A stretch of DNA of 64,000 nucleotides from Auanema rhodensis (lineage: Eukaryota; Animalia; Nematoda). Below are positions 40,540-53,073 of the stretch, one piece after another. The stretch is taken from contig OZ059897.1 of the NCBI GenBank assembly GCA_964057225.1, positions 9,362,001-9,426,000 of the forward strand, given 5' to 3'. Below the pieces are notes generated by a model. That model made no database searches. It saw only the letters and a program-made list of their open reading frames with translations, and had not been told where the DNA came from. A program made the translations under genes and the position numbers. The first letter of the stretch is position 1. Every line of letters begins with the position of its first letter.

Positions 40540-43500
40540 TTTCTGATCAGATAGAATTCTGTAGATGTAACATTGTTTCAGTTCTTAGAACTCTGTTTAA
40601 GTGTTTTCAAACTTTGTATAGATAACAAGAAAAATAAAATGATAGAGATAGAACACTTCTAAGTTCTTGATCTAAAATTTTTCTGACGGACTGATCCATT
40701 AGAACCAAAGATAACAAGAATTATTCTGATTTCACCTGCATAAAGATCCAGTAGAAAATTACGTTATGCTCTGAACATCTAAATGATTCAATACAATAAT
40801 AGAAATCACAGCCCGGTTAGCTCAGTCGGTAGAGCACCAGACTCTTAATCTGGCTGTCGCGGGTTCGAGCCCCGCATCGGGCTTTAAGTTTTACCTTTTA
40901 TTTGAAATTATAACGTTTATTTTGAAATTTCATTTCTAACCTCTTTCTGATCAGATAGAATTCTGTAGATGTAACATTGTTTCAGTTCTTAGAACTCTGT
41001 TTAAGTGTTTTCAAACTTTGTATAGATACCAAGAAAAATAAAATGATAGAGATAGAACACTTCTAAGATCTTGATCCAAGGTTTTTCTGACGGACTGATC
41101 CATTAGAACCAAAGATTACAAGAATTATTCTGATTTCACCTGCATAAAGATCCAGTAGAAAATTACGTTATGCTCTGAACATCTAAATGATTCAATACAA
41201 TATTAGAAATCACAGCCCGGTTAGCTCAGTCGGTAGAGCACCAGACTCTTAATCTGGCTGTCGCGGGTTCGAGCCCCGCATCGGGCTTTGAGTTTTACCT
41301 TTTATTTGAAATTTAACGTTTATTTTGAAAATTCATTCCTAACGTCTTTCTGATAAGATAGAACTCTGTAGATGTAACATTGTTTCAGTTCTTAGAACTC
41401 TGTTTAAGTGTTTTCAAACTTTGTATAGATAACAAGAAAAATAAAATGATAGAGATAGAACACTTCTAAGATCTTGATCTAAAATTTTTCTGACGGACTG
41501 ATCCATTAGAACCAAAGATAACAAGAATTATTCTGATTTCACCTGCATAAAGATCCAGTAGAAAATTACGTTATGCTCTGAACATCTAAATGATTCAATA
41601 CAATATTAGAAATCACAGCCCGGTTAGCTCAGTCGGTAGAGCACCAGACTCTTAATCTGGCTGTCGCGGGTTCGAGCCCCGCATCGGGCTTTAAGTTTTA
41701 CCTTTGATTTGAAATTTGAAAGTTTATTTTGAAAATTCATTTCTAACCTCTTTCTGATAAGATAGAACTCTGTAGATGTAACATTGTTTCAGTTTTTAGA
41801 ACTCTGTTTGAGTGTTTTCAAACTTTGTATAGATAACAAGAAAAATAAAATGATAGAGATAGAACACTTCTAAGATCTTGATCCAAGGTTTTTCTGACGG
41901 ACTGATCCATTAGAACCAAAGATTACAAGAATTATTCTGATTTCACCTGCATAAAGATCCAGTAGAAAATTACGTTATGCTCTGAACATCTAAATGATTC
42001 AATACAATAATAGAAATCACAGCCCGGTTAGCTCAGTCGGTAGAGCACCAGACTCTTAATCTGGCTGTCGCGGGTTCGAGCCCCGCATCGGGCTTTAAGT
42101 TTTACCTTTTATTTGAAATTATAACGTTTATTTTGAAATTTCATTTCTAACCTCTTTCTGATCAGATAGAATTCTGTAGATGTAACATTGTTTCAGTTCT
42201 TAGAACTCTGTTTAAGTGTTTTCAAACTTTGTATAGATACCAAGAAAAATAAAATGATAGAGATAGAACACTTCTAAGATCTTGATCCAAGGTTTTTCTG
42301 ACGGACTGATCCATTAGAACCAAAGATTACAAGAATTATTCTGATTTCACCTGCATAAAGATCCAGTAGAAAATTACGTTATGCTCTGAACATCTAAATG
42401 ATTCAATACAATATTAGAAATCACAGCCCGGTTAGCTCAGTCGGTAGAGCACCAGACTCTTAATCTGGCTGTCGCGGGTTCGAGCCCCGCATCGGGCTTT
42501 GAGTTTTACCTTTTATTTGAAATTTAACGTTTATTTTGAAAATTCATTCCTAACGTCTTTCTGATAAGATAGAACTCTGTAGATGTAACATTGTTTCAGT
42601 TCTTAGAACTCTGTTTAAGTGTTTTCAAACTTTGTATAGATAACAAGAAAAATAAAATGATAGAGATAGAACACTTCTAAGATCTTGATCTAAAATTTTT
42701 CTGACGGACTGATCCATTAGAACCAAAGATAACAAGAATTATTCTGATTTCACCTGCATAAAGATCCAGTAGAAAATTACGTTATGCTCTGAACATCTAA
42801 ATGATTCAATACAATATTAGAAATCACAGCCCGGTTAGCTCAGTCGGTAGAGCACCAGACTCTTAATCTGGCTGTCGCGGGTTCGAGCCCCGCATCGGGC
42901 TTTAAGTTTTACCTTTGATTTGAAATTTGAAAGTTTATTTTGAAAATTCATTTCTAACCTCTTTCTGATAAGATAGAACTCTGTAGATGTAACATTGTTT
43001 CAGTTTTTAGAACTCTGTTTGAGTGTTTTCAAACTTTGTATAGATAACAAGAAAAATAAAATGATAGAGATAGAACACTTCTAAGATCTTGATCCAAGGT
43101 TTTTCTGACGGACTGATCCATTAGAACCAAAGATTACAAGAATTATTCTGATTTCACCTGCATAAAGATCCAGTAGAAAATTGCCTTTTGCTCTGAACAT
43201 CTAAATGATTCAATACAATATCAGAAATCACAGCCCGGTTAGCTCAGTCGGTAGAGCACCAGACTCTTAATCTGGCTGTCGCGGGTTCGAGCCCCGCATC
43301 GGGCTTTAAGTTTTACCTTTCATTTGAAATTATAACGTTTATTTTGAAAATATAATCCTAACCTCTTTCTGATCAGATAGAATTCTGTAGATGTAACATT
43401 GTTTCAGTTTTTAGAACTCTGTTTAAGTGTTTTCAAACTTTGTATAGATACCAAGAAAAATAAAATGATAGAGATAGAACACTTCTAAGATCTTGATCCA

Positions 43501-45163
43501 AGGTTTTTCTGACGGACTGATCCATTAGAACCAAAGATTACAAGAATTATTCTGGTTTCATCTGCATAAAGATCCAGTAGAAAATTACCTTTTGCTCTGA
43601 ACATCTAAATGATTCAATACAATATCAGAAATCACAGCCCGGTTAGCTCAGTCGGTAGAGCACCAGACTCTTAATCTGGCTGTCGCGGGTTCGAGCCCCG
43701 CATCGGGCTTTAAGTTTTACCTTTTATTTGAAATTTGAAAGTTTATTTTGAAAATTTATTCCTAACCTCTATCTGATCAGATAGAATTCTGTAGATGTAA
43801 CATTGTTTCAGTTTTTGAAACTCTGTTTAAGTGTTTTCAAACTTTGTATAGATAACAAGAAAAATAAAATGATAGAGATAGAACACTTCTAAGCTCTTGA
43901 TCCAAGGTTTTTCTGACGGACTGATCCATTAGAACCAAAGATTACAAGAATTATTCTGATTTCACCTGCATAAAGATCCAGTAGAAAATTACCTTTTGCT
44001 CTGAACATCTAAATGATTCAATACAATATCAGAAATCACAGCCCGGTTAGCTCAGTCGGTAGAGCACCAGACTCTTAATCTGGCTGTCGCGGGTTCGAGC
44101 CCCGCATCGGGCTTTAAGTTTTACCTTTTATTTGAAATTTGAAAGTTTATTTTGAAAATTTATTCCTAACCTCTATCTGATCAGATAGAATTCTGTAGAT
44201 GTAACATTGTTTCAGTTCTTAGAACTCTGTTTAAGTGTTTTCAAACTTTGTATAGATAACAAGAAAAATAAAATGATAGAGATAGAACACTTCTAAGATC
44301 TTGATCCAAGGTTTTTCTGACGGACTGATCCATTAGAACCAAAGATTACAAGAATTATTCTGATTTCATCTGCATAAAGATCCAGTAGAAAATTACCTTT
44401 TGCTCTGAACATCTAAATGATTCAATACAATATCAGAAATCACAGCCCGGTTAGCTCAGTCGGTAGAGCACCAGACTCTTAATCTGGCTGTCGCGGGTTC
44501 GAGCCCCGCATCGGGCTTTAAGTTTTACCTTTTATTTGAAATTTGAAAGTTTATTTTGAAAATTTATTCCTAACCTCTATCTGATCAGATAGAATTCTGT
44601 AGATGTAACATTGTTTCAGTTCTTAGAACTCTGTTTAAGTGTTTTCAAACTTTGTATAGATAACAAGAAAAATAAAATGATAGAGTTAGAACACTTCTAA
44701 GATCTTGATCCAAGGTTTTTCTGACGGACTGATCCATTAGAACCAAAGATTACAAGAATTATTCTGATTTCACCTGCATAAAGATCCAGTAGAAAATTAC
44801 CTTTTGCTCTGAACATCTAAATGATTCAATACAATATCAGAAATCACAGCCCGGTTAGCTCAGTCGGTAGAGCACCAGACTCTTAATCTGGCTGTCGCGG
44901 GTTCGAGCCCCGCATCGGGCTTTAAGTTTTACCTTTCATTTGAAATTATAACGTTTATTTTGAAAATATAATCCTAACCTCTTTCTGATCAGATAGAATT
45001 CTGTAGATGTAACATTGTTTCAGTTTTTAGAACTCTGTTTAAGTGTTTTCAAACTTTGTATAGATACCAAGAAAAATAAAATGATAGAGATAGAACACTT
45101 CTAAGATCTTGATCCAAGGTTTTTCTGACGGACTGATCCATTAGAACCAAAGATTACAAGAAT
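40540..45163 (+). repeat. tRNA-Lys(CTT) array block (11 copies)
   Basis: Same unit; tRNAs from 40811 to 44849. Confidence 0.97.
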
Positions 45164-48100
45164 CGTTCCATTCGGACTCCCCATATATGTAGCTGAAGGG
45201 TTAGAGCCAGACGACCAGAGGACCGAGGAATGGCTCCGCCTTCCCTCGTTCCCTTGGTCGGGAGTTCGCCTCTTAGCAAGCTCATGGACGGCTTGTAGTT
45301 TAGTCTTTATACTTATATTTATCTTATTGTATTGTATCTTTATCTTTGTATATTATTGTTGTAGTTTCATGCCAATAAATCTTTCTCTCTTTTATCTTAT
45401 GATTGACCTTATGCTCTGTATTCCTACCGCTACACCAAGGAATACTATTCGCGTCATGGTATAAACTACAATGGTTTATATTATCGACGCAGGAGCATAA
45501 CGGAACGTGGAGGTTCCACCTCGAACTCATCTTTTGAAAAAAAAAATTTTTTTATTGTAAAAGTCCATTTTTGCATTCTAAATTATAAATTCCTCCACTT
45601 GAAACAACAAAATGAAGGCGCCAATTTGTTCTAAGGTACAGATACAAGGGATCTCGCTTAAATGCGAGATAGGACCAATAAAATTTTTGCCCGCCGTCCT
45701 CAATTTAAAACCGTCTGAATGTCCACCCTTTTCTATATCGTATCTTGTACCGCTTCTCATGCCATTTTGAGGACGTTTGGATTGAAATAGAGGACAATTT
45801 CGCCAAACGAGAAATTATAGTTGTTCACATTTTTTTTTGGACATAGAGAAGTTTGATTACTGGAACAAAAATTTATAAGACGCGCGCAATTGATTATAGT
45901 TTGTATATTTTGTGGTCAGGACTAGAATTTTGAAATTATTATATTCAGACGTAAAAGATCATTTTACATATTATTTTGCGGGAAACCAAAATAGGTTACA
46001 TAAATTGAATATAAAAACAGACCACACTAGTCCGAAAAAGCCTGGTAAATCTGCAATAAGACTTCTCAGCTCTTAATTGACAGTCAGGTCAAGTTGGCGG
46101 AAGCATAACTGCTACGGATTTTATCCCCGTAGATTATGTCACCTTCCTCAAATCATTTCGTTGTTTCAACTCATAAGATACCCCTTATCTCCTACAGTAA
46201 TCCTAAGTTAATGGGAAATGTTTAAAAATAGACGTATTTTTCTCATTTTCAAAAAGAAATTCGCTTAGGAAAACGCACTTTTGCTTATTTTGATCAAGAA
46301 AAAGGACAGCCTTTTCAATAACTCTCCTCAAACCTCATTAGCATGCACAATGTCGAAAACATTTTGAGCAAAACATGCTATTTAAGGGAAAAGGAATGAG
46401 GAAAAGATTGAAAACATAAGTCCATTTTCTTGACGAAAACAGAGCAAAGTGCACAAAAATAAAAACAGAGTACAAACTTTATTCAGTCAATACCCATATT
46501 TGATTTGCATCCGAGTTCGAAACTCAGAGGCAAGAAACATAGGAGTTTCGCTCGCAATTAAATCTTCACTATATTCTAAACCTCGCGAAACTCTAAGTTC
46601 CAAACCAAATAATGAGTCATCATAAACAATATAGATTTTAAACAATAATCTATATAATAAATACTAATAAAAATGACTCTTTTCCTGGTACCAGGCCCAA
46701 GGACGTGCGGTTAATAAACCGGCCCTACCATTATATACATGAGCGCATAGATCAACTTAGCACCTTCGACCAACAAGCTCCACTTCGGGAGCTACATCTA
46801 CGAAGGTGGCAAAGTTTATATGGTCCTGCCCCAAATAATACATTTGAAGATCTTCGATAAACTAAAGTAATCAAATAATCAAACATAAAATGGAGATACA
46901 CGAACCATTAAAATTATATCAAGATTTAGCCTATAAGCCAAAACTCCTTCTCCATCGTACTCAACGATGGATTCGTATAATTTCCACAGGACTTAAGTCA
47001 TGCCAGTGGGATTATAACGTTGGAAATCCATTTTTTTCTTTCTATCTTTTCTTTTCTTTTGTTTCTAACCTTAAAATAAATGTCCAAAGGCCGCAAAAGT
47101 ACAAAGGGGACGACATGAATAAAGTTTTTTTTAAAGATTCTAGAGCAGTAAGAAAACAAAATTAGAGGAAAGTGCAAGAGCGGATAAAAATAGTTTTTGC
47201 GAAGAGATAAACATCATTAACTATAATAAGCTTACGGTAGATAGGCGGAGTCAGATTCCTGGCCAGGATTTGAAAAACTCCCTCTCATTTACCCTCCGCA
47301 TCGCCCAGCAAAGCATGACTATCCTATTGCTCCCGAATCTTTCTCTCTCCCAACACACATCTAAAAGAATCTAACGCACCTTGCGTCAACATCCCACACG
47401 TAGCTCACCATTCTCGGTTTTTCCAAACCAAAAGTCCTACAAAGGTGGCCAAAAGATTCTCATCGGCTTTCCGAGCCCTTTACCCGTCCGATATCAACAG
47501 TGACGCTACTGTCGCAAGTCGTACCGGAAGCCGTACCCGACTTCTCAGTGTTCAAATAGAAAAACCGCACCAACCAGACGAGAAGCCGAAGCCGCAAGTC
47601 GACAAATTCTATACTCCCCGAGAAGGCACATATTCACCTTCTGACGACACCGACGAAGATCCGGACTTCATCATAGCCGACGACAGAAAAAATTTTTATA
47701 TACATTCTTTTCTTTTCTGTAAATTGTAAAATGAAAGTAACGGTGAATTAGAAAATTTTTGATGAGAGATTAAGTGAATAAACAACTAAAAACAAGGAAT
47801 AAGCAAAAATATAATAAAAATAAATGACTACCGTAATCCTATACGACCGATAGAGATAATATTTTGCGCTAAACTGAGCTCCATATGTATCTCCAAGAAG
47901 AGACGAACATTGGCAGGCGCCTAAGCCACACCCCATCTGAGTGGTAGCCTCCATTAGTACTCAAGGATTCATTCAGAGAGACATATGGAGACGAGTAAAT
48001 TATTAAATAAAATTATCCCCATCATCATTAGGATACGAGTAACCATGTAACGGAAATGTTTAATAATTCCTTATTATCTCACATAAATCACACATTCATG

Positions 48101-48712
48101 AAACAAAGAATTTTTTTTTATTACAGTACTACAAGGACTAAATTTATTTTCTAATCCTCCGTTACAAAATAACATAAAACCTATTATTGTATTCAAATTC
48201 TATCTTAATACCATAAAGAAACCTATTAAAATTATTTATATATCTTTCTACATGTAGATTTTAAAACTTTTAATTTTATTTGTAAACTCCTAGACTCTAA
48301 AACTCAGCTACATATACACTAAAAACACTTTATATCGCGCGGACGCGAAAAATCTTTGAAAAAGGGCACGTTCCATTCGGACTCCCCATATATGTAGCTG
48401 AAGGGTTAGAGCCAGACGACCAGAGGACCGAGGAATGGCTCCGCCTTCCCTCGTTCCCTTGGTCGGGAGTTCGCCTCTAAGCAAGCTCATGGACGGCTTG
48501 TAGTTTAGTCTTTATACTTATATTTATCTTATTGTATTGTATCTTTATCTTTGTATATTATTGTTGTAGTTTCATGCCAATAAATCTTTCTCTCTTTTAT
48601 CTTATGATTGACCTTATGCTCTGTATTCCTACCGCTACACCAAGGAATACTATTCGCGTCATGGTATAAACTACAATGGTTTATATTATCGACGCAGGAG
48701 CATAACGGAACG
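45164..48712 (+). mobile_element. Element B2: complete non-autonomous LTR retroelement (3549 bp)
   Basis: 344-bp LTRs at 45164-45507 and 48369-48712 (1 difference seen). TSD GAAT at 45160-45163 and 48713-48716. PBS TGGAGGTTCCACC at 45508-45520; GAAAAAGGGCA before the 3' LTR. Confidence 0.95.
46487..47031 (-). CDS. Antisense cargo gene of B2: exon 1 47031-46906, intron 46905-46862, exon 2 46861-46487; 166 codons with 3 in-frame UAR
   Basis: MDFQRYNPTGMT*VLWKLYESIVEYDGEGVLAYRLNLDIILM|FIEDLQMYYLG...KYGY-TGA. 44-nt GT-AG intron. Exon 2 is 375 nt, as in B1. May be a pseudogene if the code is standard. Confidence 0.7.
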
Positions 48713-49524
48713 GAATTATTCTGATTTCATCTGCATAAAGATCCAGTAGAAAATTACCTTTTGCTCTGAACATCTAAATGATTCAATACAATATCAGAAA
48801 TCACAGCCCGGTTAGCTCAGTCGGTAGAGCACCAGACTCTTAATCTGGCTGTCGCGGGTTCGAGCCCCGCATCGGGCTTTAAGTTTTACCTTTTATTTGA
48901 AATTATAACGTTTATTTTGAAAATTTATTCCTAACCTCTTTCTGATCAGATAGAATTCTGTAGATGTAACATTGTTTCAGTTCTTAGAACTCTGTTTAAG
49001 TGTTTTCAAACTTTGTATAGAAACCAAGAAAAATGAAATGATAGAGATAGAACACTTCTAAGATCTTGATCCAAGGTTTTTCTGACGGACTGATCCATTA
49101 GAACCAAAGATTACAAGAATTATTCTGATTTCACCTGCATAAAGATCCAGTAGAAAATTACGTTATGCTCTGAACATCTAAATGATTCAATACAATATTA
49201 GAAATCACAGCCCGGTTAGCTCAGTCGGTAGAGCACCAGACTCTTAATCTGGCTGTCGCGGGTTCGAGCCCAGCATCGGGCTTTAAGTTTTACCTTTTAT
49301 TTGAAATTATAACGTTTATTTTGAAATTTCATTTCTAACCTCTTTCTGATCAGATAGAATTCTGTAGATGTAACATTGTTTCAGTTTTTAGAACTCTGTT
49401 TGAGTGTTTTCAAACTTTGTATAGATACCAAGAAAAATAAAATGATAGAGATAGAACACTTCTAAGATCTTGATCCAAGGTTTTTCTGACGGACTGATCC
49501 ATTAGAACCAAAGATTACAAGAAT
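48713..49524 (+). repeat. tRNA-Lys(CTT) array block (2 copies)
   Basis: tRNAs at 48806 and 49210. Confidence 0.96.
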
Positions 49525-52500
49525 CGTTCCATTCGGACTCCCCATATATGTAGCTGAAGGGTTAGAGCCAGACGACCAGAGGACCGAGGAATGGCTCCGC
49601 CTTCCCTCGTTCCCTTGGTCGGGAGTTCGCCTCTTAGCAAGCTCATGGACGGCTTGTAGTTTAGTCTTTATACTTATATTTATCTTATTGTATTGTATCT
49701 TTATCTTTGTATATTATTGTTGTAGTTTCATGCCAATAAATCTTTCTCTCTTTTATCTTATGATTGACCTTATGCTCTGTATTCCTACCGCTACACCAAG
49801 GAATACTATTCGCGTCATGGTATAAACTACAATGGTTTATATTATCGACGCAGGAGCATAACGGAACGTGGAGGTTCCACCTCGAACTCATCTTTTGAAA
49901 AAAAAAATTTTTTTATTGTAAAAGTCCATTTTTGCATTCTAAATTATAAATTCCTCCACTTGAAACAACAAAATGAAGGCGCCAATTTGTTCTAAGGTAC
50001 AGATACAAGGGATCTCGCTTAAATGCGAGATAGGACCAATAAAATTTTTGCCCGCCGTCCTCAATTTAAAACCGTCTGAATGTCCACCCTTTTCTATATC
50101 GTATCTTGTACCGCTTCTCATGCCATTTTGAGGACGTTTGGATTGAAATAGAGGACAATTTCGCCAAACGAGAAATTATAGTTGTTCACATTTTTTTTTG
50201 GACATAGAGAAGTTTGATTACTGGAACAAAAATTTATAAGACGCGCGCAATTGATTATAGTTTGTATATTTTGTGGTCAGGACTAGAATTTTGAAATTAT
50301 TATATTCAGACGTAAAAGATCATTTTACATATTATTTTGCGGGAAACCAAAATAGGTTACATAAATTGAATATAAAAACAGACCACACTAGTCCGAAAAA
50401 GCCTGGTAAATCTGCAATAAGACTTCTCAGCTCTTAATTGACAGTCAGGTCAAGTTGGCGGAAGCATAACTGCTACGGATTTTATCCCCGTAGATTATGT
50501 CACCTTCCTCAAATCATTTCGTTGTTTCAACTCATAAGATACCCCTTATCTCCTACAGTAATCCTAAGTTAATGGGAAATGTTTAAAAATAGACGTATTT
50601 TTCTCATTTTCAAAAAGAAATTCGCTTAGGAAAACGCACTTTTGCTTATTTTGATCAAGAAAAAGGACAGCCTTTTCAATAACTCTCCTCAAACCTCATT
50701 AGCATGCACAATGTCGAAAACATTTTGAGCAAAACATGCTATTTAAGGGAAAAGGAATGAGGAAAAGATTGAAAACATAAGTCCATTTTCTTGACGAAAA
50801 CAGAGCAAAGTGCACAAAAATAAAAACAGAGTACAAACTTTATTCAGTCAATACCCATATTTGATTTGCATCCGAGTTCGAAACTCAGAGGCAAGAAACA
50901 TAGGAGTTTCGCTCGCAATTAAATCTTCACTATATTCTAAACCTCGCGAAACTCTAAGTTCCAAACCAAATAATGAGTCATCATAAACAATATAGATTTT
51001 AAACAATAATCTATATAATAAATACTAATAAAAATGACTCTTTTCCTGGTACCAGGCCCAAGGACGTGCGGTTAATAAACCGGCCCTACCATTATATACA
51101 TGAGCGCATAGATCAACTTAGCACCTTCGACCAACAAGCTCCACTTCGGGAGCTACATCTACGAAGGTGGCAAAGTTTATATGGTCCTGCCCCAAATAAT
51201 ACATTTGAAAATCTTCGATAAACTAAAGTAATCAAATAATCAAACATAAAATGGAGATACACGAACCATTAAAATTATATCAAGATTTAGCCTATAAGCC
51301 AAAACTCCTTCTCCATCGTACTCAACGATGGATTCGTATAATTTCCACAGGACTTAAGTCATGCCAGTGGGATTATAACGTTGGAAATCCATTTTTTTCT
51401 TTCTATCTTTTCTTTTCTTTTGTTTCTAACCTTAAAATAAATGTCCAAAGGCCGCAAAAGTACAAAGGGGACGACATGAATAAAGTTTTTTTTAAAGATT
51501 CTAGAGCAGTAAGAAAACAAAATTAGAGGAAAGTGCAAGAGCGGATAAAAATAGTTTTTGCGAAGAGATAAACATCATTAACTATAATAAGCTTACGGTA
51601 GATAGGCGGAGTCAGATTCCTGGCCAGGATTTGAAAAACTCCCTCTCATTTACCCTCCGCATCGCCCAGCAAAGCATGACTATCCTATTGCTCCCGAATC
51701 TTTCTCTCTCCCAACACACATCTAAAAGAATCTAACGCACCTTGCGTCAACATCCCACACGTAGCTCACCATTCTCGGTTTTTCCAAACCAAAAGTCCTA
51801 CAAAGGTGGCCAAAAGATTCTCATCGGCTTTCCGAGCCCTTTACCCGTCCGATATCAACAGTGACGCTACTGTCGCAAGTCGTACCGGAAGCCGTACCCG
51901 ACTTCTCAGTGTTCAAATAGAAAAACCGCACCAACCAGACGAGAAGCCGAAGCCGCAAGTCGACAAATTCTATACTCCCCGAGAAGGCACATATTCACCT
52001 TCTGACGACACCGACGAAGATCCGGACTTCATCATAGCCGACGACAGAAAAAATTTTTATATACATTCTTTTCTTTTCTGTAAATTGTAAAATGAAAGTA
52101 ACGGTGAATTAGAAAATTTTTGATGAGAGATTAAGTGAATAAACAACTAAAAACAAGGAATAAGCAAAAATATAATAAAAATAAATGACTACCGTAATCC
52201 TATACGACCGATAGAGATAATATTTTGCGCTAAACTGAGCTCCATATGTATCTCCAAGAAGAGACGAACATTGGCAGGCGCCTAAGCCACACCCCATCTG
52301 AGTGGTAGCCTCCATTAGTACTCAAGGATTCATTCAGAGAGACATATGGAGACGAGTAAATTATTAAATAAAATTATCCCCATCATCATTAGGATACGAG
52401 TAACCATGTAACGGAAATGTTTAATAATTCCTTATTATCTCACATAAATCACACATTCATGAAACAAAGAATTTTTTTTTATTACAGTACTACAAGGACT

Positions 52501-53073
52501 AAATTTATTTTCTAATCCTCCGTTACAAAATAACATAAAACCTATTATTGTATTCAAATTCTATCTTAATACCATAAAGAAACCTATTAAAATTATTTAT
52601 ATATCTTTCTACATGTAGATTTTAAAACTTTTAATTTTATTTGTAAACTCCTAGACTCTAAAACTCAGCTACATATACACTAAAAACACTTTATATCGCG
52701 CGGACGCGAAAAATCTTTGAAAAAGGGCACGTTCCATTCGGACTCCCCATATATGTAGCTGAAGGGTTAGAGCCAGACGACCAGAGGACCGAGGAATGGC
52801 TCCGCCTTCCCTCGTTCCCTTGGTCGGGAGTTCGCCTCTAAGCAAGCTCATGGACGGCTTGTAGTTTAGTCTTTATACTTATATTTATCTTATTGTATTG
52901 TATCTTTATCTTTGTATATTATTGTTGTAGTTTCATGCCAATAAATCTTTCTCTCTTTTATCTTATGATTGACCTTATGCTCTGTATTCCTACCGCTACA
53001 CCAAGGAATACTATTCGCGTCATGGTATAAACTACAATGGTTTATATTATCGACGCAGGAGCATAACGGAACG
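49525..53073 (+). mobile_element. Element B3: duplicate of B2
   Basis: Offset 4361 bp from B2, same GAAT TSD and spacer position. LTRs at 49525-49868 and 52730-53073. Confidence 0.95.
50848..51392 (-). CDS. Antisense cargo gene of B3 (as B2; one Leu-to-Phe change)
   Basis: B2 coordinates +4361; GAT CTT CAA becomes GAT TTT CAA. Confidence 0.7.

Noticed and set aside
46890-47165. 91-aa plus-strand ORF in B2/B3
   Set aside because: Shadow of the antisense cargo exon 1; no equivalent ORF in B1.
31002-53073. Autonomous Ty3/Ty1 or DIRS element; DNA transposon
   Set aside because: No RT, RNase H, integrase, recombinase or transposase ORF seen. Direct LTRs with PBS and TSD indicate non-autonomous LTR elements; superfamily cannot be assigned from this window.
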